This document shows, one piece after another, positions 59,234 through 64,000 of a DNA stretch of 64,000 bases. The first letter of the stretch is position 1. Every line of letters starts with the position of its first letter. Both the position numbers and the translations under genes were made by a program. The DNA comes from Toensbergia leucococca (taxonomy: Eukaryota): positions 62,001 through 126,000 of the forward strand of contig JALDZS010000013.1 of NCBI GenBank assembly GCA_022813965.1. Direction: 5' to 3'. Under the pieces are notes generated by a model that worked only from the letters and a program-made list of their open reading frames with translations, was not told the DNA's origin and did no database searches.

Positions 59234-60150
59234 ATGATGGGCGTGAATGAGTTGAATAGAGATCCAGTCTTTCGTAGGCAAATGATTGAGTTGAGAAGTG
59301 CAATGCAGAACCTCAACGGCCGGGTAAGTGCTTATGCTTCATATCCTTGGTGCTTCTCAAGCTTTACTAATGCGTTTCACAGGAGCATCAGGAGCTCATC
59401 GCGGTCAGGTCAACCGACCCCGCCGAACCATTACTGAAGCCTCTTTGCCTCCGTTGCGCTAAGTCTCTTGACGCTATCAATCAGCCATGCGGCAAGATGA
59501 AATACATCAAGTGTGCCCGTTGCGTTGCAGGGCATAAGTGTTGATGTTATCTAGTAATCACGAATACCATGGAAAGGTGAGGGGAAAGTGAGGAGTCTGC
59601 CGAGGGGAAATCCCCTCATATGTTTCCATCTGGCTTGTGATTTCATTGGGAGTTAGGTATATAGATGAGGTGGAATCCCATCAAAAGTCATCATCGAATA
59701 GAGAGTCTTTCGACTTATTAGTTAATCCAAAATCCATCCATCCAAATGATCATTGATTCCTCAATGTTCTATTCATATAAATATTGATCCTAAACCTCAA
59801 TAATAAGTTCTGCGAAGAAGTAAGTGTAACACTCTGAAAACGCTATCCTTTCCCTAACTGAGCGATAGATCCCGCCTGCTTTCATCTCAGACGTGAACGA
59901 CATGATTCGCACTCGTTGAAGGTGAATGACAGCGGGAGCAGGGTCCCTGAAAGAAGATGATGCTAGACAGGATCTAGTGAACGGAGTACGTCAATTTACT
60001 CATGTAGTACAGGCGTATATAATTGATCAGATGAGGTTCAGTGAGCATTGAAAGCTGACAAGCCGCACAGAAATAAGCCTCTTGACGTTGAAGGAAATGC
60101 GGCGTGGAAGGGAAGTTCAAGAACAGTTGATAGATATCATGAAATGGAAT
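59234..60150 (+). pseudogene. Cys6 (Zn2Cys6-like) gene disrupted by a solo LTR and nonsense codons
   Basis: Removing introns and the insertion restores LCLRCAKS..PCGKMKYIKCARCVAGHKFCEE|IPPAFISDVN; TGA stops downstream. Confidence 0.65.
59539..59802. mobile_element. Solo LTR, 264 bp
   Basis: Ends TGTTGA...TCAATA (one change from TCAACA); ATAAG duplicated at 59534-59538 and 59803-59807; excision restores the host frame. Confidence 0.85.
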
Positions 60151-61774
60151 GTAAGTCCCACCTTTACGCTGATGCTTAGATAGCGTTAACATGATGTGTC
60201 ACAGCTGAACCTATCAGCTCTAACCAGCACGGTAATGAACATTCCTGCGGTGAGGACACCACGAGCCCTGACACGGGTCGTCAAAGACACCCACCCGCCA
60301 AACTCAATGGTGTACCCTAACGTCGTCATGAGGGTGCCTGAAATTAATGTCACCCGTCGCGCTGCTCCAGAGCCTATACACGGTCTTGAAGCCACTGATA
60401 TCAAAATCAGCCACGTCAAATGAGGTGATGAAGATTGACGACGCACACCCTCCCTGAAAAGAATTCGCTGTTTACCCTCTGAATGAATTCCACAACAGTG
60501 GTAGCAACAATAGGTTGCACCAACGTTTCGTAGGGACCATCTAGATTCCTTACGAGCATCAACCTCGTCCTTTACCAGCCCACTTTCTCGTGTCTAAGAT
60601 ACCTACAACCACACTTTATCTCTGATTTCTTCGCACCAATATTCCACGAAGTTTCAAGTCTTGACTTGTATCCTTGAGCTTGTTAGTCCACCTACCGGGA
60701 GTACCTTCTTTCTTCTGTATCGTCATCCTGGCTCCTCCGAGCATCCACGTTGTCAAGGCAGCGTATCAACTCAAGTCCTTTCATGGCACGGACCACTCCT
60801 TTGTAAGTTCGATTAGTCCCGGGACAACTAAAGTTGTCAAGTATATTGTCTTCACCAACCTTCAGCCATTGAGCGCTGAGCTCATTACTCACGAACATGC
60901 TACACGGTCAAGGGATTGAGCGTCATCAATTGAATCACAAAATTCAGTTCAGTTGAGTTCATCCCTACGGTTCTCAGTGATAGCTGTCGACGTATGTGGG
61001 CTTAACGTCAGTAATGAAGAGGACTTTGACATGGACCAGAAACACCTTGAGAAGACCGATGAGAAGTTAGGCTGATCAAACTTGACAGATATCCCAGCAC
61101 ACAAATAGACGGGAGACGGAACACTCTATGTTCACGCTGCTAAGCTCATAAAGATGAATTTAGCAAAAGCTGACACTAAGGAAAATATTGTGGTTCCTCG
61201 ATTTCAACAGCTCCTGCGTCAACATCAAAGGTATTCATATACTAGTGCTGAGTATACGGATAAGTCATTGCAGGCTTCAAGAAGTGAAGATCGCAGAGCT
61301 TTTAAAGGCACCGTCTTTGACATAATACATGTTTCAAATTCTACCAAAGATACGGCCAACAAGAGCATTAAATTGCATGAGAGATAGTGATGTGACAGAG
61401 AATGAGACTAACTTCAAGTCAACCAAGAAGTCTCATAGGTTTGTTGAAGAGAGCTTCGCTGAGAATCTCAACTACGTCAACGATGAATATGTCAGCGAAG
61501 TACCTGAAGAGTTGATCAACGACGAGGACCGAACCGTCTTTGATTTTGAGGGACAAAATTTAGATGACTCCGATAATTCGCCCTTGGTGCTGCTGTTTCA
61601 CACTATAATTGTCATTCACAATACCCAACTTACCACCATTGTGTAGCTCTCATCCAGCCCTGAAGCTTACGTACCTTACCTATCGGTGCTCTGTTTCCAC
61701 TCAATTAAAGCTTACCTATCAAGACACTTCTTTTATACAACATATACGATGAGATCTGGGAGCAAAAGTTACAA

Positions 61775-63500
61775 ATGAAAGCCACTAACACAATACATTT
61801 TCCTTCACAGCACATGAAACTTTCAGATTGGTGGATCCACGTACTAGTCAAAGTCGAATTCCAAGAGCGAAGCCATACGTGGGAAGCGGATTTTATGACA
61901 CACGGGGCCTTGCGAAGAAAGCATGCCTCCTGCGGGAGAGCAGCCAAGTGCCAGCACGCCGGATCATCGATCTGGCACTATATTATATTGGACGGGGTTG
62001 ATTTAATGGGGGATGAAGGAAGGCAAGCTGGCGTACAGGCAGTCTTTGTAGAGAAGGCAACGGGTCTTGGGATTGTGGCTGTTGCGGCAATACAAAACAA
62101 TGATATTCCGACGGATGAGATGATTATGGGACGAATTCCAGCATACTTGAGCACCTTAGTGGCGACAGCGTCTGGCCAGGTCCTACCACCTGGATCCGCT
62201 TTCACGCCTACTAACTCCCGCACCCCCAAACGTCTCCTAGCCCGTCAATCTACCATTCCACCATCCTGCCCAAGTTTTCCGCATGACAGGTCCTTGAGTC
62301 CTTTTAAATCAACCATATCTGATCCATTTACAGATTTTTCACCGTCAAAAAGGAAACGCGTTGACAACAACACCCACCTAGTGTGGCTATCAAGATACTA
62401 TATCTGTTTTATACTCAACCTCGCCTCACATTGCCTCCTCATAATGGCGGAATTCTACTCAAGCTCACCAGAAACCGAACTAGGCTTTGAGGACGTTTTC
62501 CATCCACGAGATGCTATAGCACGCGAGTTAGATGGCTCAATATCGCCACCAAGAGAAGGTACTCAAAGGATTAACAAACGTTGTCTAAAAATATCTTCAG
62601 AAGATTATCCCCAAGATTCAAACTTAGCCCTCGCTTTTAGTGAGCTAGATATCGACGAAACAATGGTAATTCCCGAAGTGTTATTCTCTAAGTAAACCTA
62701 TGAATACTGTGAGTTCACCTCAGCCATTCTTAGAGCATCAGGGTAGTTTTGATATAAACATTGAAACCGAATATGACTTCAAGAGTAAAGAGGACAAAAA
62801 GAATAGTGAAATGCAAAGCATATTTGATGCAGCTGAGACACAAACTTGAAATACCTTTTCTGAGAGTCGTTCAGCCTCTATGATTGGTTTCTTGAAGGTG
62901 CAGAAAACTTCATGAAGCTTATGAACACCGATAATATCAAGCAACTCACGATAGCGTGAACGTACTAGGAGAAAATACCAACCACTTACCCTATTGACAG
63001 AGAAGTTGACGCAGCGTCCACGTACTATTTCAGCATGCGGGATCCTTGACACATTGTGAGAGCAGCAGATTTGCATCTCTTGTCTGAAGCGCTTTAAGAC
63101 CGTGTCCGCCCTCATCTCCTTATCTGAACTTTTCAAGCGTACAAGATTTGGTGATCAAAAGTGCGCGGTATCTGAGCCTGGCGTCCAGTCCTCGCGGTGT
63201 ACTGTGCTCATGCAAAGGAGGTGATCAAGACTCAGGTCGCTTCGTTCACTGAGCCCCTCTGACAAGCCTGAGGATGGTAGACACGCGAGATTTGATTCTG
63301 AAGGGGGTTTGAACCACCTCAACTATGACTACACGAAAGTCTATTAACTACTTCTTTGAGGGAGTTGCTTCTGACGAAAGTCGCCTTGAAAAAGTCCGTG
63401 AGATGTAATCTCAGTTGTGCAATATCTTTGCCATGATTCTTGATGCTCTAAGAGCAATAATCAGATACCATCCAGACTCGAGCCTTGATGTTTAGTCCTT
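61775..63500 (+). pseudogene. Large degraded coding region of unknown family
   Basis: 306-codon ORF followed by a protein-like frame (YDWFLEGAENFMKLM..WRPVLAVYCAHAKEVI) interrupted by many stops, mostly TGA. Confidence 0.4.
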
Positions 63501-64000
63501 ATGAAGAATGCAAAACCAAGAAGCATCTGCATCGTCTCCGTCAAAGAAATAATGAAGATGAAAGCGATTCTTCCGGCCCTAAGGGTCAACGGGCACGTCG
63601 AACAAAGAATACAGAGTTAAGCGTCCATTGCACTGTGAATCTGAACGGAAGATTTTGGCCAGATAATACAATACTTGGGGCTAAGCTCAACTGATTTCAC
63701 AGAACAGTTGAAGGAAAAAATGAATACAGTCAGGATGATAAAAAGAAGATTCTGTCAAACGAAAATGCTGAAGTGTCCGAGGACCAGATTTAAATTAATG
63801 AGCTGAACCATGTGTGCAGGTCAAGATATACTCATAATGTTTCAAGCGATAATAGTACCTTTGCTTCCCCTCCTGAGTCTATCAGTGATTGTTCAAGCTC
63901 AATTCTTGTCAGCAATGATGATCTGACTCCCTTCCCTGAATCTGATGATGATCTCTTAGGGTCTGTTGATGTTCAAGAATCTATGTCAGACGCCACATCA

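Overview
Eukaryotic DNA from a filamentous ascomycete (Pezizomycotina-type short GT-AG introns with CTAAC/CTGAC branch points; exact taxon not determinable here). Housekeeping genes: RTT109, MRPL15, APM1, NOB1, NOP10, SEN2, ceramide glucosyltransferase, CAF-1 subunit A, SPO11, UBC7, an AIM25-like scramblase and a SnaD-like coiled-coil gene. These are interleaved with accessory DNA. Main observations: (1) a divergent pair of a non-mitochondrial-type citrate synthase and a PrpD/MmgE dehydratase resembling alkylcitrate-pathway enzymes, with no PKS/FAS in the window, next to a family III CoA-transferase/racemase; (2) a complete Tc1/mariner DD34E element (39-bp TIRs, TA TSD) with RIP-like mutation that appears to favour CpC rather than CpA; (3) a decayed 55-64 kb region with a HET relic, two paralogous Cys-rich genes (one split by a 264-bp solo LTR) and a clan CE-like protease candidate; (4) a 508-nt APM1 intron with a second acceptor and possible structured RNA; (5) a possible presequence-encoding upstream exon of SEN2; (6) recurring C-rich to G-rich skew-switch islands. 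All calls come from reading the sequence; no database searches were run.
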